Source: Phoronis australis
Taxonomy: Eukaryota; Animalia; Phoronida
Reading direction: 5' to 3'
Assembly: GCA_002633005.1 (NCBI GenBank)
Contig: NMRA01000439.1
Location: forward strand, 124,001-188,000
Length of the DNA stretch: 64,000 nt
Shown: positions 27,418-37,458 of the stretch, piece by piece
Position numbering within the stretch: the first letter of the stretch is position 1
Layout of the letters: the number at the start of each line of letters is the position of its first letter
Program-made: the position numbers and the translations under genes
Notes under the pieces: model-generated
The model's database searches: none
What the model was told of the DNA's origin: nothing
What the model saw: only the letters and a program-made list of their open reading frames with translations

Positions 27418-30400
27418 GTCAGTATTTTGTCACTTTATGTCACAAATACTGGACATACTACGAGATAGTAGAAAAGGCGTTCGCATAACCCTAAATTGTA
27501 CTGATTCAGGCAGAAATACTGATGTAGCCGATTTGTTCCTGAGCCGTGGTGTACCGTCCGCGCCATTTTCCCGGCATTTTCTATTCCTTCTTCGGTATAA
27601 GATAATAATCGAATAGCGGCCCTGGGTGGATATGTCGGTCTCTAGTTTTGAGAGCCATTTCCTCTAAACCAGGGACCACTGTAGGCACTGGTCGGATGAA
27701 GCGCTCCTTGATTTTGAGAACCTGTTTCATTCACTGCATAACTTCCGCTGTATCCGAGCATTACCGTTGCGGCCGTGGCCGCAAATCGTTGCGACTTCTC
27801 TCCTATCTGATGGTTTAGACGAGGTGAGCCTGCGGGGATGTGCGAAAGTCCTTATTGTCTCGTTTTTGTCGGACAGTGTTTCGAGTTTTGAATCTTTGTC
27901 CCACATCCCGCCAAAACATCGGAACGCCCTGTCCGTTGGATAGGCAATGAATTTTACGTACTCACCAAAACTTTAGTGTGTTTGCACTCAAATTACCCCA
28001 ATTTCCCAGTTCTACAACCAAAAGAATGCTGTCTTGGTGTTTCGGGGTGTTGCATTAAAGAACCAGTGTTATCCACGTTTGCTGGCATTTTTTTGATTTT
28101 CAAAGAAATTTGAAAAGTCACGGCCCTTGGTCATAAGTCAAAGTCAAATAACTTTGTCTGTCTTCAAAATGTCTGCTGGAAACCAGTTTTCTCTGAACAA
28201 CAGCCTTTGTCATTGCGTAGTTTTTGTCCTGTAGTCAATCATCAATTTGAGGGATGTACTGAATGAATATGTCCATTATTACGTCATTAGCTTCACAGAT
28301 TCTCAAGGCTTGCACCATCTGCCTGGTCAGGCTAAAGTCAAATCTGAGCCCATGAAATTGTGAGTTGGGTTACATGTCCAACAGTTGTCTGTGATATCAT
28401 CGTATGCTTACCAGACTACAACAGCCCCTCAAATTAAAAACGTCAGCTGAGCTGGACACGAAATCTGCACAATTGCTGTACTGGTGTCAAAACCTGTCCA
28501 ATAAAGACCTCTAAATTGATTGTTAACAAGGGGCATTTGTTCTTTTGTTGATCATGATGGATACTTGACATCGTCCCGGGACAGGTGGATTTCTCTACTG
28601 TGGCGTCTCACATTGGGCTGTCACTTGTATGAACTTGACCTTGAATTGTCTGGCTTGTGTATTTGCCTATAGAGTACATAATGTTGTGACTGAGTGAGGA
28701 GACTGAGTGTGGTTCAGCGGTTTGAGCTGCGGACTCCGGTTTGGGAGACCCGGGTTCGAATCCTGCCTTTACTGGCAGACAATCTAGCACTGCATAAAAG
28801 TGTGTCCTACTCCTCCGAGCTCGGTTTCATTTGTGACCTTATGCAGTGGAATGAAAGAGAACCTGGATATAAGGCGCAAGCGATTTTTAGAGCTGTGTTC
28901 GTATTAAAACAAAAAAACAGTGATTTTGATGCTACAGATACATAATTTTATGAAGTAGGTAGTATACCTTGAAGCTTGAACCCGTCTATAAGGACCTATT
29001 ATGTCACTTATTACTAAACTTGTGATGTAAATTAAATACTCTTGCACCTTGTTTTTTGCAGGCAGCACGTCCTTTAATATCTGTGTTGAATGAAAAGAAT
29101 GAGGCGTCTGGGGCCAATGTATCCCTTCCCGCTGTGTTCAGGGCCCCCATTAGGCCGGACATTGTCAGCTTTGTACATATGCAGATGAGGATGAACAGCC
29201 GTCAGCCATACGCTGTCAGCAAAGAAGCAGGTAGGGCATGAGTTGTTAAAGAGTTGCAACGGTCTGCTCTAGCCTGACACTGGTGTGGTAGACACCAGAA
29301 ATATCAGGTTTAGTTCTGTAGATGCAAGAATGTGCAAAGGAAGCTATTGTGATCATATGGTTTGCTTATAAGGCATTGCGGTAACAAACAAAGCCTTGTG
29401 TAAGCTTGTGTTTTTGCGAGATTCTCGCGTCTACGAAGCGCATCCCTGGTTTGCTTATGAATCAGTGGTTGATTCGTTTTCTTGAGCCTGTCCCATTTAA
29501 GTGTCGGAATTTTCATGACATTTTTTTTGCACAGTGTCTAAATTGAGACTAGCTATCAGTCAAATGTTCTGGCATCTATCATCGTTTTGGTTATTTAAAA
29601 AATTTTAGTTTGCTAAAAAAAAATTGCCATCAGAGCCCTTGCCATCTGTGCCTTTTGAGAAGGGATTTTTTGGGTAAGGAGAAAATCTATAGTAGAAATG
29701 AGTCAAAAGTTCACCATTCCCTAATTTGCTTCAGAAATGACCAATCCCCCAAAAGTGTCGAGTTGGTTTTCAAACTCTATGCAAGTAAGCCCAATTTGTT
29801 GAGGTAAAGATAAACGTATTTCGACTAAATAAGTTGTGTAGCACAGTGACACCTATCTTCCTTTATATGTACTTCTGTGTGACAGTAACATGCTAGTGAC
29901 GGTCGATGTGATGAGCTTTCACTTCAGGTCCGTGTTTTTGACGACTGATATCAATGAAGTTCTGATCTGCCGTAGTTTCGAATCAGATTATGTTTGTCAT
30001 CAGCATGCTCATTCAAGTAATTCTCTTCAGGACGTAGAATGGGATAAAACTAGGTTTTTTGTTAGACAAAATAGTTTAAGAAACTAGTAAAAGTTCCCCT
30101 TTGTTACTTGCATTGTCTCGCTCTTTTCTAGGTCACCAAACGTCTGCCGAGTCCTGGGGCACAGGACGTGCTGTGGCCCGTATTCCCCGTGTGCGTGGTG
30201 GTGGCACCCATCGTTCGGGCCAGGGTGCTTTCGGCAACATGTGTCGTGGCGGGCGTATGTTCGCTCCCACTAAGACCTGGCGCCGCTGGCATCGTCGTAT
30301 CAATACCAACCAGCGCCGTTACGCCATGTGCTCAGCCATCGCTGCTACAGGCATCCCTTCTCTTGTCATGTCCAAGGGTAAGTCCAAAAATGTTCATTGC

Positions 30401-33400
30401 GCGTAATACTCAGCTGATTAGAACTTGGGGAATTTGTGGGTAATTTGTTATGGATGTTCTGATAAAAATTTGCACAACTCTTCTGTGGTCGATATGATGA
30501 GCTTTCACTTCAGGTCCGTGTTTTTGACGACTCTGATATCAATGAAGTTCTGATCGTCCCCTGTAGTCTCGGCAGTAGCAAGAATGCCACAAACTATCGT
30601 GACAAGAGCCACCTTTCTTTCACTAACCTGTTTAAAATTGGAATCTATTTCAACTCACTGTGACACTCGGCTGCCAAAGGTCTATTTCGACACCAAATTT
30701 TTCCCTCAGAAGCATGGGACACATTTCACCTAAGGCAAGTGAGGGCCATGGCTATGCATTGTCTCCGCAAAGTGAACAGAATTTGTTGGCTGCATTGTTG
30801 TCACAATTACTTGATTCAATTCAGCTTGAATTTTCTTTGTTGCCTTTTTAGGTCATCGTATCGAGCAGATTGCTGAAGTGCCCCTTGTTGTCTCGGACAA
30901 GGTGGAAGAGTACAAAAAGACCAAGGAGGCCGTCGCTCTGTTGAAGCGACTGAATGCCTGGGCCGATATCCAAAAGGTGAGTGTTTTGGGGAAGGATTTA
31001 GTACATCAATACCCACAGACAGCAACGTGGTCATGGTAGAATCCTCAAACTGACGTAAGTCAAGTTTTTGCGTGTGTGAGTGTGCTTGTGTTAGAATCCT
31101 AACAACTTGTGTTATAATATTGTACCTATTGGATGTATGCATTGCAAGAAATTCTGTATTGCCTCTTCTACACTGGAAGTGAAGTTTAATACGGACGTTA
31201 TTGAAGTATATAGTTCTTGTTCCTTATTCCGTTGAGAAGTTGTTTCTTGACTTGGAAGTTGACAATTCCTTAATTCTTGAGACCGTGCTTGGCGTATAAA
31301 ATGACCCGCTGTTACAAGCCAATGTGTTGAGCCTGGTCTCAAGTACTAATGAGCTGTCGGTTCTTTGCATCTCTCGTTTCCTTGAGAGAAAAAGAAACTG
31401 AGACCAAATTTATGTTGGTAAGTGCTCCAAATGAACCGTAACTTTTTATGGATGGTGGGCTGATAACAGTTTTGAGGAGTGATTTCTGTCGATGTAGATG
31501 ACCTCTTTGTATTTACATTGTTGTTGTCATTATGCTTCAACTCACCTCAATCGTCTCATCGTTACAGACCATGGCTTCCAAGAGGTTCCGCGCTGGTAAG
31601 GGTAAGATGCGTAACCGTCGTCGCATTCAGAGACGTGGACCCTTGATCATCTATAACCAGGACAATGGCATCTGCCGCGCCTTCAGGAACATTCCTGGTC
31701 AGTATTGGGTGACGCAGTTAGTGATCGTTGTCTTGCGTCATGTCCATTCTCACATGATTTTTTAATGATTATTGAAAATAGCCTGTATTTCATGTTCGAA
31801 AAAAAAAACTTGACGAACAAAGACCAAAGAGTCAACACGGTGACACCACTTGTCTTTGAGGTAGTTGTTTCGATTATGCATCATGTGATATGACACAATT
31901 TGGTATTAACCATTCGGGTGACAAAATTCCAATTCAGAATGGCTTACCCACCTCACTAACATTCCTGTTCATTCCGCTTCATACTCTGTCATGAGGCAAG
32001 ACTTACTCTGTCGATGAGCTGTTGCTTCTGTCTAGCTGTCATGAGGGGGGAATTCCGCGTCATTTTGTTAGAGTACTTTTGACTTGTACTTTAATTCCTT
32101 CATATGTGCTGCCCGTCTTCTTCGTTCTGTGCTCGGGATGTGATGAGCTTACACTTCGGTCCGTGTTTATGAACCTCGGTGATTTTAACGAAGTTCTGAT
32201 CCTGATTAGACATGACAGCATATACATTTTACACGTCCGGTGGATGTCAAGTTCTGTATACCTGAAATATGTCTATGTTGCAGTGTTCTCCAACGCTAAC
32301 ATGGCTGGTAATTCACCCGTTATCTTCTGTTGCTCAGAAACAGTTAAGATTACTTACCCTCTGAGTTTTTTTGCTCATGTTGGACAATATTTTGTCTCTA
32401 TTCGTATCATGATCTTATCAAGCCACAGTATTTCAGGGTACCTTAAGTAGCAAAATTTATTCGATGTAAGGACCTTGAGTTCAATGGGAAAGGTTTTTAA
32501 TGATAGGTGTTCTCTTCATGCTCCAGGTATCACATTGATCAACGTGAGTCGCCTCAATCTGCTGAAGATCGCCCCTGGTGGTCACGTCGGACGATTCTGC
32601 ATCTGGACGGAGTCGGCCTTCAAGAAGCTGGACGCCCTCTATGGCACATGGCGCAAACCATCCAAGGACAAGAATGGCTACAAGTGAGTGGTTAGCATAG
32701 TAATGATAAAAACAGTGTGCATGGTTTTAGTATCACTAGACTGTGGTAAGTTTTGGAAGAATTATCTGCTGTAGTAAGCTTGGGTTTTCATTTTTTCTAA
32801 AAACCTGAGCCCAGGGACCAATCTCCCAACTCGACTGGAGACTTCAAACTTATCGTCGCGTACGTTGAGTTCAAATTAGTAACTTTCCTCAAAGTGCTTA
32901 AATTTTCAAGTCAGGTTTTACTTTTCCAAGCATTTGGCTTATTACTTTTATTTTCGTGGTTGCTCTTCATGTGATTGTTGCAAGGTAACCTTTTTTTATT
33001 AGTATTTGTCATTGTTGTGTTCCTTTAAGACATTCTTATCTTTTTCCGCCAATTAAGAATACAGTAGACATCGGAACTCATCACTAATTATTGTCCTGCA
33101 TGTATTTGCATTTTCTACTGACTTCATAAAAAGCAAAATTCATGGTTGCTCAACATAAGCGTCTGATTCAATTGTGCACTGCCAGAAATATATTTTAAAA
33201 ATTATTTTGAGAATTACATATTTAATTCTAGTTATTTTTAAAACGTTTGTTTAGGTGTTGAAAGAGCGTCGAGTTAAAATTCTATTGGTTTGTTGTCCAA
33301 TTCCTTTCGTAAGTTTTTCTAATGAAAAGAAGCAACGGGGGTATCTTTAAAAGGAGGGCTTGGAATTTTCCGCGGAAACGCGGATTTCCGCGTTTTTCAA

Positions 33401-35662
33401 ATGTTCTTTCCGCGTATTTTATTATATTTCCGCGTAAAAAAAAATGGGATTTGATATTAATTTCCGTAGCAAACGTCTTTCTTACCACACTGACTTTTTC
33501 AAGGCTGGCTGCACGCATGTTTCGGGCCGTAAAAATTTCCGCGTTTTTCGCCATTGGTCATTCCAAGCCCTGTAAAAGGAATGCGATGCAGCAGGAAACA
33601 AATGTTGTTGGTAATTGTGGAAAGCCGGCTGATTAAACAATGGTTTACATGTGCACTTTCATGGGTTCCCATTGTCGTGGACATGAGGGTTGTCATAGTT
33701 GTGACCTGTCATTTCAGCCTGCCCATGCCGAAGATGAGCAACAGCGACCTGTCCCGTTTGCTGAAGAGCGATGAGATACAGAGAGCTCTGCGACCACCTC
33801 AGTAAGATTTATTAAAGCTAAACATAATTAGTACAGAGGGCAACATAGAGGTCAATAATATATTGATGATAAACATGTAATGGGAATTATAGCCTGGGGA
33901 GAATACACGGGGGTGATCAAATTGAATAAGATATTGGTTTAGTTAGGTATCACATGGGGAGAGACATCTTTCTGTTAGGAAGCTGTAAAATTTTAATGCT
34001 AGATAACTGGAAGGGACTCACATTTAGGTTTCAATGAGGGTTAAAGGTGTTGCGCAAACAAGTACTTTGAGTTGGTAAACTAGTTACCTGAAGTTCATTT
34101 CAAGGTCTTTGAATTTTTCCCCTTGTCCTGCTCTTACTAATCAAAATTTTTATTTTGCCGCTTTTCATTACTGGGTCGCGTTAATTTATCTTGCATAGTC
34201 ATTTGTTTCAAAAAATGATTGTTTTATGCCTGAAAATGTTTAGTCAGTAATAAAATACTGTAAAACTCACAGATGCAAATGCACAAGTCAAATTTTCAGT
34301 GAACTGCAATATGGATACTCTTGTCCGTGCACTTGCCTGTTCATTAAAGTTGGATTTTGCCATACTGGTACGGAATGTCTTGGCCCTGTTTGATACAATT
34401 TAAGTGAGTTTTACTGTATTTTGAACCGCGCGTGTATTTTCTGATTAATCATGCAAGTGTTAAAGTTTTAATTAATGCCTGATCTAATATGGGATTCTCA
34501 TGTAAATAAAGGATCGTATCATTTTTCAGTCGAAAAGCGCATTATGGGAATGTTGTTGATTAGGATAGACTTCTTAAAGTTAGCTTTTACCAGAGCAGTA
34601 AAACAAATCTCCAATGCTCACCATTGTCAGCCAGACATTGCTGACACTGAGGCTGTTGCTTTAAGCGGTTAAATGTGCTTGAAATACTTCAACATTTGTT
34701 CAGAGCGATTTAGCTCATCAGCGTAAGGTTTGATTGTGGATGGGAAGATTCTCCGTTTGAATCTGGGCTAGTGCCAATGATAGAAAGTCGCTTTAACCGA
34801 CATCTTTATAACAGCATAGTCCAACTCTCGATCTCCTTTGTAGACGACAGAACAAGCGACGCTTGCTGAAGAAGAACCCACTTAAGAACATACGAGTCAT
34901 GCTCAAGTTAAACCCTTACGCTGAGGTACAGAAGCGTAATGCTATCATGACCCAGGAGAACCAGCACTTCGCCAGACAACAGCTGTTGGCCAAGAGACGT
35001 GGGGTAAGTAGTTGTTGAACTGTCGGTGGCAGTGTGAACACTGGTATTACTTCGGTAGTTTTGTGTACAGCTTAATAGGGCAAAATGCCATATCCTTGTC
35101 ACAGTAATCAACTCTGTTCACATGGAGAAATGGCCGGGGAGACAATGTGGCTCAGTGGTTTAAGGTACGGAATCCGTTTGGGAGATCCAGGTTCAGGTCC
35201 TGGGTTTACTGGCAGACAACCGAGCATTGCACGAAAAAGTGAATGATCATGATTGGGTGTTCTTTGCTCAACTACTCACTGCAAATACTGAACTTGCAAG
35301 TTATTGTCCTGTGCTGCCATAGTTTTGTATAGTCACAAAACAATGTTTGGCAAAAATGTCCATCTCACGAAATCGATTTTGACAAGTAATTACAGTACGT
35401 AATGTACCCCTATCATATTTCTTACTCAGTTTTCAAATAATTATGGCTTGATTTATGTGCTGGCTCTGCGTGTACGTGTACTACAGAAAAAAATCTCCAA
35501 TACCATATCGTTTTAAATTTCATGTCGTACTTCATATTAAAGCTACGTCAAGTTTTACATTTTTTTCAGTTGCCACCTCCAGAAGACACACGGCCCAAGA
35601 GAACTCTCAAAGCTGCAGCCAAGAAGACAACCAAGAAAGGAAAGAAAGCCACTAAGAAATAG
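27415..35662 (+). CDS. RPL4: 60S ribosomal protein L4 (uL4); join(27415..27417,29062..29230,30132..30377,30852..30976,31568..31697,32527..32683,33718..33801,34844..35003,35570..35662), 388 aa
   Basis: Phases are consistent across 9 exons (1167 nt). Hallmark peptides [72 protein letters not shown] and KKNPLKN; AATAAA at 35704. Confidence 0.98.
28696..28800 (+). mobile_element. tRNA-derived SINE
   Basis: A box TGGTTCAGCGG, B box GGTTCGAATCC, tail TTTACTGGCAGACAA shared with 35136-35240; no valid cloverleaf. Confidence 0.75.
29062..29230 (+). CDS. RPL4: RPL4 exon 2
   Basis: [12 protein letters not shown]...[14 protein letters not shown]...[11 protein letters not shown]. Confidence 0.97.
29899..29973 (+). 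ncRNA. SNORD18: Box C/D snoRNA U18 (SNORD18), copy 1, RPL4 intron 2
   Basis: C box GTGATGA (29908); CACTTCA-GGTCCGTGTTT guide plus D' TTGA, antisense to the conserved 28S AAACACGGACC; GTTCTGA D box (CTGA 29962); terminal stem ACGG/CCGT. Confidence 0.93.
30132..30377 (+). CDS. RPL4: RPL4 exon 3
   Basis: [20 protein letters not shown]...PSLVMSKG. Confidence 0.98.
30487..30559 (+). ncRNA. SNORD18: Box C/D snoRNA U18 (SNORD18), copy 2, RPL4 intron 3
   Basis: C box ATGATGA (30494), same guide GGTCCGTGTTT-TTGA, D box CTGA (30550); nearly identical to copy 1. Confidence 0.93.
30852..30976 (+). CDS. RPL4: RPL4 exon 4
   Basis: [41 protein letters not shown]. Confidence 0.97.
31568..31697 (+). CDS. 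RPL4: RPL4 exon 5
   Basis: [29 protein letters not shown]...FRNIPG. Confidence 0.97.
32133..32205 (+). ncRNA. SNORD18: Box C/D snoRNA U18 (SNORD18), copy 3, RPL4 intron 5
   Basis: C box GTGATGA (32140), GGTCCGTGTTT plus D' ATGA, C' TGATTT, D box CTGA (32196), stem TCGGGA/TCCTGA. Confidence 0.92.
32527..32683 (+). CDS. RPL4: RPL4 exon 6
   Basis: [41 protein letters not shown]. Confidence 0.97.
33356..33572. mobile_element. hAT-type MITE with 8-bp target-site duplication, RPL4 intron 6
   Basis: GGGCTTGGAAT / ATTCCAAGCCCTG ends; TAAAAGGA at 33348-33355 and 33573-33580; internal TTCCGCG subterminal repeats. Confidence 0.85.
33718..33801 (+). CDS. RPL4: RPL4 exon 7
   Basis: [27 protein letters not shown]. 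Confidence 0.96.
34844..35003 (+). CDS. RPL4: RPL4 exon 8
   Basis: [28 protein letters not shown]...KRRG. Confidence 0.96.
35136..35240 (+). mobile_element. tRNA-derived SINE (same family as 28696-28800)
   Basis: TGGCTCAGTGG A box, GGTTCAGGTCC B-box-like, shared TTTACTGGCAGACAA tail. Confidence 0.7.
35570..35662 (+). CDS. RPL4: RPL4 exon 9 (last)
   Basis: [30 protein letters not shown], Lys-rich tail, poly(A) signal ~40 nt downstream. Confidence 0.9.
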   Translation: MPPPEDTRPKRTLKAAAKKTTKKGKKATKK

Positions 35663-37458
35663 TCCTGTGGATTTTTTACTTTTTTGTGTTTCTGCCTTGA
35701 AAAAATAAATATGAATTAATTGTCACAGTGTCGTTTTCCTTTTTTTTAACACGCATTTAAAGAAATAAAAAGCCGGACACTTAGATTTCATCTCTCTACA
35801 AGCTTCATACATCTTTAATTAGGAAATGCTGAAAATGACATTATAACTGGAATAAACCAAATTATGAGCTGCAAATCTTCCCCCTGAAGTAATCTTTGGA
35901 CGCCATGGGATTGATTAGTAAAGATGATCTTTGGCCCATTTGCGAGTTTACCTATGTCTCATTTTAAATCCATATGGGGGATGGGAATTTCCATCAAAAG
36001 TGACCTGCACGTATCGGGGTTTGGAATTGCTCTCGAGAGGATTTCCTTTTTTGGTTTCATCTGACTTCCAGTTTACTTTTTTGTCGTCTCTTTACTTTGA
36101 CTATATTCAGGTAAAACGTTCATTTTAGTTAAATTTTACAACACAAGGGGAAATTGTCACACTATCCTTACCTAATATTTGTCAAACAATACATCACCTG
36201 GAAAAATTTCCCGTTTTTGTCATTGGTCATTTCAAGCTCTGATGTATTGAAGGGAGATGGTACCAACGCTGTGTAGCTGTAGGTAGTCTGCGGTTTAAAA
36301 CTGCATTTTGCCCCCTTTAGCTGGATGAATACATAAAACGTACAGAGAGTGGCGTAGCTGAAGTAATATCCCAGGGGACATCAAAGGCGTCGTGCATGTA
36401 TTAAAGTAAGGTGGAACAAACACTGGTAAGCAGCCCATAGTCTGGTTAAAGTTGCATTCCACCCCGTTTAGCTCTGGCTAAAATACAGATGGAGATTCTA
36501 TTTGTTTCCGTCATCACTAGCCAGTAAAACGTACATGGGTCATTTTCAGTTTCGATTGACCAGTGCACTAGAGTCACTGATGGCTATGATGTTTCTTTAG
36601 ATTTTTGTTTTGACACGGGTCTTAAAACATCAAGTCAGGAAATAAAAGTCCTTGTTATTTACTTTGAAGTTAGCTACTTTTACCTGCCGATGGAGGCTGA
36701 ATATGCCTTAACTAACTGCTGATAGTTGGTTTTAAAAAGTGTGAATGTTTTACGAGAGCTGGAACGCATCGTAAAAACTATCATAAATGGACTGTGTATC
36801 CAATAGGCGTCTGGGCTATGGGCATATAAGGCACGTTTATTGGAATGCCGACAGGAATTCCGTCTGTTGCTGATTTATAAACCCTACCCCTCTTGAATCC
36901 AGTTCCCTATTCCGCTACCCATTTCAGATAGGCCTAATTGAATTCGCCCAGACAAACTGTAAGGAGTGGACCATCGCACAACCGTACTTCCCTAAAAAAC
37001 GACGATGACGTACGTGTCTCGATCAATGTGACCAATTACCCACCAAAGAATGAATTGCTTAATTTTTGCAGATTGGATGCAACGGACTTCGCGTTGTTGT
37101 CGTTACAAAACACTCAAAATGGAGCTAAACAGTATTGTATTCTACACAGATAGAGCAAAACAAGCTACAGGCAAATGCAGTAAGGTCATTGGCTTTCTTT
37201 CCAGCCCGCGTTGACATATTGTCGAGTTGTTTAGTCACTCTAAAAAATACCTTTATAAAACTATTGCTGTGATTTCAAGTCCTCGGACGACCACACCACT
37301 TTAACCGTTCCACTCAGTTTCCAAAAGTCCTTTAACTGTTGATGCGTTTTTCTCATTGCGGAACCTGTTCACCCAGTCTGGGGCGAGGGGAGGGCGAGGA
37401 GAGGGCGAGTAGAGCGCGAGGAGAGCTTGAGATCTATTAACACCTGGAATAAAGGGGC

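Noticed and set aside
27788-27800. U13-like antisense to the 18S 3' end (GTTGCGACTT vs AAGUCGUAAC)
   Set aside because: Only 10 bp with a G-U pair, and the other U13 elements are absent.
27809-27830. RPL4 start at TGATG|GTTTAG or a coding exon ending GAG|GTGAGC
   Set aside because: Weak donor, or no in-frame ATG; the TOP-linked ATG|GTCAGT at 27415 fits better.
28696-28775. Functional tRNA gene
   Set aside because: No acceptor stem or 7-nt anticodon loop; the shared non-tRNA tail with a second copy indicates a SINE.
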